NCBI GenBank assembly: GCA_002713585.1
Contig: PATD01000038.1
Location: 5,362-67,866, forward strand
Reading direction: 5' to 3'
Source of the DNA: Methanobacteriota archaeon
Lineage (GTDB): Archaea > Thermoplasmatota > Poseidoniia > Poseidoniales > Thalassarchaeaceae
Length of the DNA stretch: 62,505 nt
Shown here piece by piece: positions 28,502 to 37,742 of this stretch. The translations under genes were made by a program, and so were the position numbers. The notes under the pieces are model-generated. The model saw nothing but the letters and a program-made list of their open reading frames with translations. It made no database searches and was not told the DNA's origin. How positions within the stretch are numbered: position 1 is the stretch's first letter; every line of letters starts with the position of its first letter.

Positions 28502-29704
28502 TCACTTGTAAATGAGTTCAATCGCAAAATCGATTATGTCTGCTGCATGGGTTCTTTGATTTCGAATCTCCACCGTGTATTCTCCGTCAAGGTATTCCTC
28601 AAAGTCGCCACCTGTAAGTTGGAGCCAAAGGCAACGGTTGTTATCTGTATCACAATCATCCCCATAGGTCATCTGCTCGTTCGTAACTCCTGTCGTGTCA
28701 CGAACCTCTGATCCAGTATTATTCGTAACGAAAAGATCGAAGCGATTGTGGCATACATCGTTAGTACAGGTAACAAAATCATCGTCCTCAATCGGATAGG
28801 TAATCTTGAGTTTCACATATCGAATGGTGTTCTTTACTTCATCATCATCAACAACAGGGAAGTCGAATGCGGACACATTTCCTGAACTCCCCCTACGATT
28901 AAGTTCAAAGTCACTCCAAACCCCTCGATAATTGATGTACACTAAGGAAGTGTCTTGATCCGTGAATCCATTATTATCAGTCACGGTTAGAGACACCTTG
29001 TGCTCTCCCGCAGACATAGATGTCCAGTCATAGGTCTCACCAGTTGCATCGGCGTCATTTGTTAAATCCCCATCACCATCGGAGTCCGTGTACGCATCGA
29101 GATCCCATACATAATCCGTCAGATATTCCTCTGCATAGCAATCAGAATCATCTGAATCGCAACCAGCCCAAGAGGCGCTACCATCCAGAGTGAGAGTTGT
29201 CGAAATATCGATGTTTCGATCAGATATCTCTCGATCAGGCTCACATACCCACTGGAGGATGTATGTTCCAGTCTTCGGATCTTCTCCTTCACAGTCGCCA
29301 TCCTTCTGGCCCATAATTTCCGCGTGAGGGAGTCGTGCATTGGAATCTGCAACTGTGATATCCTTCGTTAACGACGCTTCGTATTGGGAATCGGCAACAG
29401 TAAGCGTAACCGTGTATGTGCCAGAAGTAGTGTAGATATGGCTAGTGGTGAGGCCTGTGCCTACATCACCATCACCAAAGTCCCAGGTAAAAGTCAGAGA
29501 ATCGCCATCTGGATCGCTACTCCCTGCTGCATCGAAAGTGACGGAGTCCTGAGCCTTCACTGTCCCGGATGGAGTGATGTTCATTGCGACAGTTGGTGGT
29601 GAGTTCGATGAAAGACTATCAAGACAACCTGCAAGAGGGAGACATACTACGAGAAGAGCGAGTATGGAAGCGCGTAGAAGGCGGCTCATCATACCTCCAT
29701 ACAT
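28502..29704 (-). CDS. Secreted PKD-domain protein with a lipobox-like signal peptide
   Basis: LLVVCLPLAGC signal/lipobox. PKD signature FDAAGSSDPDGDSLTFTWDFGDG and a second Ig-like module (HKVSLTVTDNNGF). Confidence 0.7.
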   Translation of the reverse strand: MYGGMMSRLLRASILALLVVCLPLAGCLDSLSSNSPPTVAMNITPSGTVKAQDSVTFDAAGSSDPDGDSLTFTWDFGDGDVGTGLTTSHIYTTSGTYTVTLTVADSQYEASLTKDITVADSNARLPHAEIMGQKDGDCEGEDPKTGTYILQWVCEPDREISDRNIDISTTLTLDGSASWAGCDSDDSDCYAEEYLTDYVWDLDAYTDSDGDGDLTNDADATGETYDWTSMSAGEHKVSLTVTDNNGFTDQDTSLVYINYRGVWSDFELNRRGSSGNVSAFDFPVVDDDEVKNTIRYVKLKITYPIEDDDFVTCTNDVCHNRFDLFVTNNTGSEVRDTTGVTNEQMTYGDDCDTDNNRCLWLQLTGGDFEEYLDGEYTVEIRNQRTHAADIIDFAIELIYK

Positions 29705-29757
29705 TCCCGGTCCCTATCAGCCATTCGATTCAGAGACCCCCCAATATGACGTTCCAT

Positions 29758-32379
29758 TTACATCCAGCGATCGAGCGATGATTGCTGTGACCCTTCGAGT
29801 AGTTCCTTCTCATTCCAACCGAATACCTCTGTAATTCTCCCCATTGCTGTTGCTATTCTCCTAGCATAATATTCAGGATCGAAATCAGTTTGTATTTCTC
29901 CTGTTTCATCTTCATGCCAATCCACGACCGACATTGGACTACTAGTTGCATCAGTAACGAGATATCCTACTTTCATGCCAGGAGTGAAATTGAGACCACG
30001 CGCCAGACGTTGTTTTGCTGCTTTCACGTAAGGCAAGCCATCTGGATTAGCGTAAACTGAAAAATCAACTGAGCCATCTTTCCTGTTGATCTTTCCCTTG
30101 CAAGAACGACTGATGACGAGGTTCTTGGGAGCAACATCACGATTACGAACCCTTTGAATCAAGGTACGGATATCTTCGACTGCCTGTGTAGTCTCACCGG
30201 CGAGAATACGCTCAAAAGATGAAGTCATGCAATCGGTTAGAATCACGAAAGAATCCGAGCGGCGGACCTCATAACCACGGATTAACAAATCCTCTTCGGG
30301 CCAAACCACTTGGCCGAAGTACCGCTTCTTCGCTCCATGACTGAACATCGCTGCAAGAGCAGCCTCGAACTCAAGTTCTGCACCTGCCTTCGTAAACCGC
30401 TTAGCTAAGGATTGACCGAATTCAACGGTCGTGTTACGAGCCTCCTCAAACGATTTTCGGCCATCCTCACCTAACTTTGGGATGCGTGTAGGTATGTCTG
30501 AATCAACAGGTGCTGAGATGAATATCGAATCTGTATCGCCGTATACTACACGCTGATTTTCCTCCTCCAAAGTGGCGATTACACCTCGAATATTGGAACG
30601 TGCCCACGCGGTAATTGACGCGCCAATATCTTGATGCGTAAATCGATAGAAAGACGATGCAAAGACGCCGTAGAAAGAATTCATCAGGATTTTTACAGCA
30701 AATTGTAGACGATCGTGGAAAAATGCCGTTATCTCATCTTCCTCGATTCGAGCCATTTTCATGGCCGTCTTCTGCCGATCGCGCTCATCCATCAACTGCT
30801 GTAAGAGACGCGGTACGAGGCCGTTTCGATGACTTCGTCCAAGGTATGCTGTTCCGTCAGGTGCAAGATATACATCCTCAGAGGGTGCGTCCTTCGCATC
30901 AATTCGGGTGGTAAAACAGATGTTTTTCTCGATCATTATTGAAGGGTACATTGACTTGAAATCAAGCACTGCAATCCAAGGATGCAATCCTGAATCAACA
31001 TCTTGGACATGCCCACCAACGATTTGATCGCGACGTGGTCCGGTACGAGTCCGAGGTATTGCCACCTTCTCACGGTCTGCGAGGCGAATCATCAGGGAAT
31101 CAATCCACTGACTTGTAGTCCCTCCAACGGCACGTTGGAAAGGCATTCGAGCGACAGAAGCCAACGCCTCCTTACCCCTAATTGCATGAATTGCCTCAAG
31201 AATCTCAATCGGGAGAACTGTGTCCATTACGCAATAGCGGAGAACCTCATCCGGCCGCTGAGCCCACTCCTCATCCATTCTACTTGCATCAATGTCCATC
31301 TTACGCAGTTCAGGGCGATCAGGGAACAGAAGTTCGGAAACAAAGCGTAACGTTTCACGCTGAGGCCGCAATGCAGTCCTTGCTTCCCACCACGCATCCA
31401 TCACTGCACGCCCACCAATCGACCATCTTCGTGACTGTGAACGCGATGGAATCGCCCGCATTGAACCATCAACAACGGGGTCTCTACCCCATCCGAACAT
31501 ATCCAACAACAACCCGCGGTCCTTACCTGAAAGGTCCTCTGAGCGTTGGTCGATTCTTGGCAAATCAAAATTATCGATATTGTATCCTGTCAAAATATCC
31601 GGATCCTCATCACGGATGAGGCGCGTCATACCGGAAAGGATACCTTGTTCATTTCCCTGGAAGGTGTATTCAGTTTGTGATCCTGCACGGTCAATGACCA
31701 TCGCAGCACACAGAATGTTCGGTTCAACTACGCTCGTCTCAAGGTCAAAAGAAGCGGTTACAAAAGGAGCTCTGAACGGTTCTGTATCCTTCAAATCCTC
31801 TACCCCACATCTAATCACGAGATCTGTTGAGTAAAGGCCACTTCCACCGGCCTCTCGAATAAAATTGGCAGCTTCTAAGGAATCTATACCCTCGAATGTG
31901 GATACTATTTCCTGAGGTGCACGGCCTCTAGCATGAATCACAGAACCTGACACATCCATATGAGGTCCGAGATCGAAATCAAGGAAAAGACGCATGGGGA
32001 ATACAATGTCGGCACTCGTGACAAGCCATCGCTCCGCGAGATATTCACGTAACTTTGGGACCACATGGGGTTGAGTCACGTCCACTCGCCAGTGCGGTCG
32101 CTCTCCTTCCTCACACCACAGAAACTCCGGATTATGGATATGCACAACTCGCTCGTCCTTTCGGACATCGTCCAACCACGATTCCAAACGATCCTGTGGA
32201 GCGTCATCAGGTGCTGCAATGACTACGAAGGGGCGGAGGCCGTGAACCAACATCGTCACTGAGTGACCCACTTCAGCCCGGGCGTGAGCCACTAGAACGG
32301 TACCTCCTCCAATTTGCGCTTGATATGATACATCGATGATGCAGATGCGGCCCTGCCACACCATGTCTTCATCGCCCAT
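29758..32379 (-). CDS. polB: Family B DNA polymerase
   Basis: Exo I SFDLETS, Exo II YNIDNFDLPRI, Pol motif A DFKSMYPSIM, motif B KILMNSFYGVF and motif C YGDTDSIF. Motifs are contiguous and no intein-like insertion was seen. Confidence 0.9.
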   Translation of the reverse strand: MGDEDMVWQGRICIIDVSYQAQIGGGTVLVAHARAEVGHSVTMLVHGLRPFVVIAAPDDAPQDRLESWLDDVRKDERVVHIHNPEFLWCEEGERPHWRVDVTQPHVVPKLREYLAERWLVTSADIVFPMRLFLDFDLGPHMDVSGSVIHARGRAPQEIVSTFEGIDSLEAANFIREAGGSGLYSTDLVIRCGVEDLKDTEPFRAPFVTASFDLETSVVEPNILCAAMVIDRAGSQTEYTFQGNEQGILSGMTRLIRDEDPDILTGYNIDNFDLPRIDQRSEDLSGKDRGLLLDMFGWGRDPVVDGSMRAIPSRSQSRRWSIGGRAVMDAWWEARTALRPQRETLRFVSELLFPDRPELRKMDIDASRMDEEWAQRPDEVLRYCVMDTVLPIEILEAIHAIRGKEALASVARMPFQRAVGGTTSQWIDSLMIRLADREKVAIPRTRTGPRRDQIVGGHVQDVDSGLHPWIAVLDFKSMYPSIMIEKNICFTTRIDAKDAPSEDVYLAPDGTAYLGRSHRNGLVPRLLQQLMDERDRQKTAMKMARIEEDEITAFFHDRLQFAVKILMNSFYGVFASSFYRFTHQDIGASITAWARSNIRGVIATLEEENQRVVYGDTDSIFISAPVDSDIPTRIPKLGEDGRKSFEEARNTTVEFGQSLAKRFTKAGAELEFEAALAAMFSHGAKKRYFGQVVWPEEDLLIRGYEVRRSDSFVILTDCMTSSFERILAGETTQAVEDIRTLIQRVRNRDVAPKNLVISRSCKGKINRKDGSVDFSVYANPDGLPYVKAAKQRLARGLNFTPGMKVGYLVTDATSSPMSVVDWHEDETGEIQTDFDPEYYARRIATAMGRITEVFGWNEKELLEGSQQSSLDRWM

Positions 32380-32501
32380 GAATCGTGTTGAACGCCGATG
32401 GTGATGAACCTACCCGGATTCAGAAGGAAAGTAACTCAGGGAATCGTTGATAGGCACTGTCCTTCACCTTGGACAACAGGCTTGCTGCCTGAGGAGGTGT
32501 A

Positions 32502-33518
32502 ATGGTGGACTTTGATTGGGACAGCCTCACCTTTTCGTTCACTGCTACCGATACAATGTACCGGAATGTTGTCCGTTCAGGAGAAGAATGGGGTGAAGGA
32601 GAGTTAATTCCCTTTGCTAACATTGAGATTTCTCCAGCTGCGGGTGTCCTGAACTATGGTCAAGGTATCTTTGAGGGCATGAAGGCTCAACGAGCAGACG
32701 ATGGAAACATTGTACTTTTCCGATCAGACAAAAATGCGGCTCGATTCGCAGAGGGCGCAAAACGCCTCGGTATGCCCCCCGTTCCAGAATCACTGTTCCT
32801 AAACGCCGTAGAATCGGCAGTAAAGGCGAATCATCGCTGGGTTCCTCCCACTGGACGTGGGGCACTCTACATTCGACCTGTACTCTGGGGTAGTGGAGCT
32901 ATTCTAGGTGTTGCTCCTGCTCCCGAATTTACCTTCATGGTCTACGTGTGCCCCGTAGGACCTTACTTCAAAGGAGGTATGACTCCAATCAATCTCAAGG
33001 TCTCCGATGAATATCACCGTGCTGCTCCAGGTGGTTCAGGCGGAGTAAAGGCAATCGGAAACTACGCCCCTGGGATGATGCCATCGAAAATGGCGAAGGT
33101 AGAGGGTTATGCTGAAATCATCTATCTCGATGCTGTCGAGCACCGATATATCGAGGAGGTCGGCGCTGCGAACTTCTTCTGTGTCAAGGATAATGTAGTC
33201 TATACTCCGGACTTGACCGGAACCATCTTGCCAGGAATCACTAGAGCAAGTGTGATTCAAATTGCTCGTGATTTAGGACATGATGTGCGGGAGGAACGCA
33301 TAGATGTCGATATGGCTCTAGCCGCTGACGAAGCATTCTGTGCAGGTACGGCGGCAGTAATCTCACCCATTGGTAGCATCGAACATGGACACAAAATTGC
33401 ACATTATTCCAATGGAGAAGTCGGACCAGTGACAAGAAAACTCTACGACGCTTTAGTGGACATTCAGTTGAAACGAGCACCCGATCGACACGAATGGATT
33501 CGAACTATTGAATTATGA
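32502..33518 (+). CDS. ilvE: Branched-chain amino acid aminotransferase
   Basis: LNYGQGIFEGMKA, RPVLWGSG, GGVKAIGNYA and TPDLTGTILPGITR blocks of fold-type IV PLP enzymes. Confidence 0.85.
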   Translation: MVDFDWDSLTFSFTATDTMYRNVVRSGEEWGEGELIPFANIEISPAAGVLNYGQGIFEGMKAQRADDGNIVLFRSDKNAARFAEGAKRLGMPPVPESLFLNAVESAVKANHRWVPPTGRGALYIRPVLWGSGAILGVAPAPEFTFMVYVCPVGPYFKGGMTPINLKVSDEYHRAAPGGSGGVKAIGNYAPGMMPSKMAKVEGYAEIIYLDAVEHRYIEEVGAANFFCVKDNVVYTPDLTGTILPGITRASVIQIARDLGHDVREERIDVDMALAADEAFCAGTAAVISPIGSIEHGHKIAHYSNGEVGPVTRKLYDALVDIQLKRAPDRHEWIRTIEL

Positions 33519-33519
33519 T

Positions 33520-33960
33520 TCAGCGACGTTTTTGCCGACGCTTGTTCTTCTTATTTTGAGGCCTCTTAGCCTTCCTCTGTGAACGGGCTGCTCGGTCTCC
33601 TTTTCTGGGGCCACGCTTGCGTTCTTCCTCTGCCTTATCCTTCGCCTCCTGATGAGTAGTAGCTAATCGTGAACCTATAGCAGCCATCAACTCCTCCTTA
33701 CTATTTGTCCCAGCAGCAGAATGCGCATCTTTGGCAGACACGACTAGGTATCCTTCCTTCGCACGTGGACGCTTCGGATGCGATTGATTTGCTTCACGCT
33801 TCATCTTACGAATCCCAAGAGACCGTGCGGCAAGAGCAATTGAATCTAGATCTGGTTTTGGAACCGCGTTTATCACACTGACACGACGACCTTCAGATCG
33901 TGAAAGCCGGGCATCGAAGTATCCGGTCCATACCCGAATCCGCGATGCATCGCCGCTCAT
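33520..33960 (-). CDS. srp19: Signal recognition particle protein SRP19 with a Lys/Arg-rich C-terminal extension
   Basis: IRVWTGYFDARLSRSEGRRV...PDLDSIALAARSLG matches the SRP19 N-terminal pattern. The tail is ...RKAKRPQNKKNKRRQKRR. Confidence 0.7.
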   Translation of the reverse strand: MSGDASRIRVWTGYFDARLSRSEGRRVSVINAVPKPDLDSIALAARSLGIRKMKREANQSHPKRPRAKEGYLVVSAKDAHSAAGTNSKEELMAAIGSRLATTHQEAKDKAEEERKRGPRKGDRAARSQRKAKRPQNKKNKRRQKRR

Positions 33961-34010
33961 TCAATCAACTCCGTTCGGAATGGTTCCGACGACCATCATG
34001 AGGTCTTCGC

Positions 34011-34403
34011 TCATTCGTCGATTACGACGCCACAGATTACGCCGTCCATGCCAGGACGGCTCGTAATGCGTACACGACCAAGAGTAGTCTCAACAATTGC
34101 GCCCTTGGTCAAGATATTACGTCGAACATAGTTCGGGTCTGCTCCATTCTCGACAACATTAGTCATCTCGACACGCTGAGTCTTTCCCGAACCATCTGAG
34201 ACGTTGATCATATTCTCCTTCAGAACACGAACGGTAGTGTTACCACTGCGCTTACGGTATACCTTGGTCTGACGATCTGAATCGATGAATGCGAATTGCT
34301 TCTCGCTGGAAATCTCGGTGCGTCGCTTGCCACGGTAACGGTTCGGACGCTTAAGGCGAGCTCCGCTGGGCTTACGTCGAGAGATACCGTGCCATTGTGC
34401 CAT
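34011..34403 (-). CDS. rps8e: 30S ribosomal protein S8e (eS8)
   Basis: MAQWHGISRRKPSGARLK...RGKRRTE...VENGADPNYVRRNILTKGAIVETTLG...ITSRPGMDGVI. Confidence 0.9.
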   Translation of the reverse strand: MAQWHGISRRKPSGARLKRPNRYRGKRRTEISSEKQFAFIDSDRQTKVYRKRSGNTTVRVLKENMINVSDGSGKTQRVEMTNVVENGADPNYVRRNILTKGAIVETTLGRVRITSRPGMDGVICGVVIDE

Positions 34404-34475
34404 GAGTTCATCGCCTCCGGAATCCGCCGACCGGCTCCCCTTATTTCAAAGAAGCGTTGCAACACTACCTGCTCA

Positions 34476-35096
34476 TTAGGCGTGAATATGCAGATGAAGG
34501 CGACTGATACATCGCCCATCCTGATGCAATTCTGCAACCATTTCGTCCCCTAGTTGAATCGGCCCGACACCGCTTGGCGTGCCGGTGAAAACAAGGTCGC
34601 CAGGCTGCGGATCAAAACGCTCTCTAAGGGCTTCTATTATGCGATTGATACTGTGAATCATCATATTGCTTGAACCCTGTTGACGCATTACTCCATTGAC
34701 TGATAACTGCACTTCGAAGACACCAGCTTCGTAAGGACTCCATGGGCCATGAGGTGCTGAATTTGGGAATCCTTTCGCGTCGCTCCATGGTAAACCATCA
34801 CGTTTTGCAAGTTCCTGTTCAGTTCGATTTGTCAGATCTAAGCCAACACACACGGCATCCGGGTATCCATTATGGCCAATTCTGAATACAATCTCTACCT
34901 CATGATGAACAGTACATGTGGGGCTAGGATGAGGCATTTCACCGATTCCGCTCTCAAATGAAAGAAGGCTTGCAGGAGGCATGAGAAAGAAAAGGGGATT
35001 ACTAGATGGTTCTGCCCCCATCTCCTCCGCATGGGCCCGGTAGTTCCGTAGGACCCCCCAACCCATCGCCATGCCAATAATTGCGAGGAACTGCAT
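34476..35096 (-). CDS. Fumarylacetoacetate hydrolase (FAH) family protein
   Basis: PLFFLMPPASL, HHEVEIVFRIG, GLDLTNR, AKGFPNSAP and PGDLVFTGTPSGVGP. Start trimmed to MQFLAIIG; the upstream part of the ORF, to 35333, overlaps the PUA gene on the other strand. Confidence 0.75.
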   Translation of the reverse strand: MQFLAIIGMAMGWGVLRNYRAHAEEMGAEPSSNPLFFLMPPASLLSFESGIGEMPHPSPTCTVHHEVEIVFRIGHNGYPDAVCVGLDLTNRTEQELAKRDGLPWSDAKGFPNSAPHGPWSPYEAGVFEVQLSVNGVMRQQGSSNMMIHSINRIIEALRERFDPQPGDLVFTGTPSGVGPIQLGDEMVAELHQDGRCISRLHLHIHA

Positions 35097-35152
35097 TACA
35101 GGCCTTGCGGTGAGGGCGGGACATTCATTGGACGGCAGAAGGAGGCAGTGGT

Positions 35153-35671
35153 ATGGCAAGGCGAAGGATGAGGAAGAGGAAGCCCGTACGACTGAAGGTC
35201 GTACGACGTATCCTCGATTCCCTAAATGAGAATCTGGGCATCGAGGACGACTTCTCCGACGTCTTTCTTGAAATCGCAGAATTCGGTGAACTAAACCTCC
35301 TGCTTGGTGATCGTGTTCCTCTTGTAATGACAATTAATCGACCAGAAGATCTAGGCGATGTTGCAGCAGTGACTTTTCCTACGCTTCGTGGACTCTTGCG
35401 CTGGAATCTCGAAGTTGGCTGGTGCGCTGTCGACAGGGGTGCGATTCCATTTCTGATGAATGGTGCAGATTGTATGGCAGCCGGCGTACAGATGGTGGAC
35501 CCGAACATCGAACAAGGCGACCTAATCTGGATTCGTGACGAGGAACATGGCAAACCAATCGCAATGGGTTGGGCATTGTTAGATGCTGAAGAAATGAATG
35601 CTGCAACCAAAGGCAAGGCTCTCAGAACAGTCCACTGGATTGGTGACGACCTGTGGGAAATGGAGAATTAA
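35153..35671 (+). CDS. PUA-domain RNA-binding protein (pre-PUA + PUA; MCT-1/Tma20/Nip7-like)
   Basis: C-terminal VDRGAIPFLMNGADCMAAGV...GDLIWIRDEEHGKPIAMGWALL matches the PUA pattern. Confidence 0.7.
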   Translation: MARRRMRKRKPVRLKVVRRILDSLNENLGIEDDFSDVFLEIAEFGELNLLLGDRVPLVMTINRPEDLGDVAAVTFPTLRGLLRWNLEVGWCAVDRGAIPFLMNGADCMAAGVQMVDPNIEQGDLIWIRDEEHGKPIAMGWALLDAEEMNAATKGKALRTVHWIGDDLWEMEN

Positions 35672-35724
35672 GGTCTATGCCCTCGGGAATAGCATTGAAT
35701 AGGTCAAGTACACGAACAATATGT

Positions 35725-36303
35725 ATGAGGCCTCTGATTCCACTTACACTAGTCATGATTCTAATCTCAGCTGCCACTGTCTCTGCTGCGTCAGAAGGAG
35801 GCGTAAACAAATCAGTCGACGAGTTTGCAGATACTGGAATTGACAATGTGGATTCACCCTCTGTCTTCAGTCAAGTTGAGGATTTCGTAATCAGTGTAAA
35901 TATCAACGAAAGTTCAGATGCAGTGAAAATCTACGCGACTACACAAATTTGTGTGAACTCTGGTCTCTGCTATCCTCCTGAACAAATCGAGATGGTAACG
36001 GAGGATAATACCACATGGACTACCACTGTATCACCAATGACTGATCAGACCTACGTGAATTGGAATATTATTCTTGAAAACGCATCAGAGAACCAGACAA
36101 AAATTCCCGAGACTGGATTCGGTTGGAAGGTCTGGTCCGATTGTTGGAACGATGGAACGGGTTGGGGCGGTGAAGGTTACGAAGGTGGCGAGAGTTGCGA
36201 TGATGTATTGGTCTCAGGAGATCCTGAAGGGACTGTTCCTACAGTAGGTATCGCTGCAGTGATTTCTGTTTTCGTAATGGCTGCAATCATCCGTCGTCAT
36301 TGA
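35725..36303 (+). CDS. Small secreted/membrane-anchored acidic protein, hypothetical
   Basis: Signal peptide MRPLIPLTLVMILISAATVSAAS. C-terminal TM VGIAAVISVFVMAAII-RRH. Start trimmed from 35653. The 3' end overlaps the convergent 36287..36733 gene by 17 nt. Confidence 0.55.
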   Translation: MRPLIPLTLVMILISAATVSAASEGGVNKSVDEFADTGIDNVDSPSVFSQVEDFVISVNINESSDAVKIYATTQICVNSGLCYPPEQIEMVTEDNTTWTTTVSPMTDQTYVNWNIILENASENQTKIPETGFGWKVWSDCWNDGTGWGGEGYEGGESCDDVLVSGDPEGTVPTVGIAAVISVFVMAAIIRRH

Positions 36304-36733
36304 TTGTAACGTGTTCGATAAAACGAGATAGACATCGCCTTGCTTCAATACCCCAAGCTTCGATTAGCACTTGAGCCCCACATCCATCAGCATCAATTTG
36401 CCCCTCTCTTAGCCCAGGTGATGCAAGATCACTAGGGACGAACGGAAGACGAAACTCACTCTCAAAGATAAGTTGGACTGCGTCCTCACCTATGGCTACC
36501 GTTAACCCTTGAACCGTGAGGTTTCCGTCCTCAATGGATTCTATTTCACATCCAATCGAACGAAGATGACGCACTACTGCATCGAAAATCTCCTCAGGAG
36601 GGGCCTTTGCTTGCGAGATATCCTCTTCCACCTCGGATGCCGGACCATATGCAGATAGAAACGGAAGATCCATCTCATTTTGAGCCATGAGATCGTCTAA
36701 CCCGCGACCAAGTCCGCGTCTCTCATCACTCAT
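36287..36733 (-). CDS. ParA partner protein: ParB-like N-terminal ParA-activating peptide fused to an unrecognised acidic domain
   Basis: Begins MSDERRGLGRGLDDLM (ParB/Spo0J N-terminal motif). No ParB box or HTH recognised afterwards. The start overlaps the parA stop (ATGAGTGA). Confidence 0.6.
   Translation of the reverse strand: MSDERRGLGRGLDDLMAQNEMDLPFLSAYGPASEVEEDISQAKAPPEEIFDAVVRHLRSIGCEIESIEDGNLTVQGLTVAIGEDAVQLIFESEFRLPFVPSDLASPGLREGQIDADGCGAQVLIEAWGIEARRCLSRFIEHVTINDDG
36686..36721 (-). other. Codons for the ParB-type N-terminal peptide RRGLGRGLDDLM
   Basis: Direct translation of the minus strand, checked codon by codon. Confidence 0.8.
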
Positions 36734-37706
36734 CTCGAAGACCTCCTGGGAACCAAATTACTTCAAGTTCGGAAGCCAATGCTGCATAATCTTGGCCACC
36801 ATGACTCTGTGGAGCATGAAACTGAATCGGGACGCCCTGACTCGGCGATTCTGCAAGGCGAATGTTACGTCTAATCGCCGGTTCTATGACTAAATCGCCG
36901 AATACTTCTCTGAGGTGGCCTGCAACCTGCGTATTCAGGAGGGTGGGCGCATGCATAGTCATAATCACGCCATCCACACCAAGACGGGGATTGAGTAAAC
37001 GTCGCACTTCGTTGAGAGTTCCAGTCAACAATGCGACCCCTTCCAGAGCAAGATACTCCGTTTGTACGGGTATTAAGACGGCATCTGAAGCTGCCAACGC
37101 GTTGATTGACACGATACTCAAGGAAGGGGCTGTGTCGATTAGGATTAGATCGTAATGTGGCTTGAGCGGTTCAAGAGCCTCACTGAGGCGACCCTCTCGT
37201 CCTAGTTGTGATGCAAGAGCCTCTTCCAAACCAATGAGGTTTCTATCGCCAACAATTAGATGGAGGCCTTCCACAGCAGTCGCATGGCGAGCTTGCGTCG
37301 CCATCGCGGGCGTAAGCACAACATCTCTCGTCGTAATGGTGACTCTCGACTTGTCAATACCTAAGCCAGAAGCACAATTCCCCTGAGCGTCGCAATCCAC
37401 AACAAGAACACGCCCCCCTCTCATCGCAACATGTGCTGCGATATTGATTACCGAAGTGGTCTTCCCAACTCCACCTTTCTGATTGGTCACAGTAACTACA
37501 CGTGCAAGACCTGCAACTGTTGGTTCAGCCCTAGGTAATTCGATCGACTCGCGGGGACGGGCCTTCGTATCGAATCCCTCTGATTCAACCGGGTGTTCAA
37601 CTTCGTTAAATGAGACATCTGTGATGAGATTATCATCAATAGACAATATGTCCACGACTGGATACTCATCCGAACCCATCGTTACCTCAGCGAATGCCTG
37701 AGGCAT
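36726..37706 (-). CDS. parA: ParA/Soj-family chromosome-partitioning-type ATPase with a ~70-aa N-terminal extension
   Basis: VTVTNQKGGVGKTTSVINIAAH deviant Walker A. VVDCDAQGN. ILIDTAPSL. LNPRLGVDGVIMTM and AESPSQGVPI blocks. Confidence 0.85.
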   Translation of the reverse strand: MPQAFAEVTMGSDEYPVVDILSIDDNLITDVSFNEVEHPVESEGFDTKARPRESIELPRAEPTVAGLARVVTVTNQKGGVGKTTSVINIAAHVAMRGGRVLVVDCDAQGNCASGLGIDKSRVTITTRDVVLTPAMATQARHATAVEGLHLIVGDRNLIGLEEALASQLGREGRLSEALEPLKPHYDLILIDTAPSLSIVSINALAASDAVLIPVQTEYLALEGVALLTGTLNEVRRLLNPRLGVDGVIMTMHAPTLLNTQVAGHLREVFGDLVIEPAIRRNIRLAESPSQGVPIQFHAPQSHGGQDYAALASELEVIWFPGGLRDE

Positions 37707-37742
37707 TCAAGGTGACGCCCGTATAGAGGTTAGAGTGACGTT

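Noticed and set aside
29758-32379. A possible intein or split in the family B DNA polymerase, because of its 873-aa length.
   Set aside because: Exo I-III and Pol A-C motifs appear in normal order with ordinary spacing. No intein splice-junction blocks or homing-endonuclease (LAGLIDADG) motifs were seen.
34476-35333. The long N-terminal extension (79 aa) of the FAH-family ORF.
   Set aside because: The extension is Arg/Ser-rich, has no FAH similarity and overlaps the PUA-domain gene on the opposite strand. The FAH domain begins at MQFLAIIG (35096).
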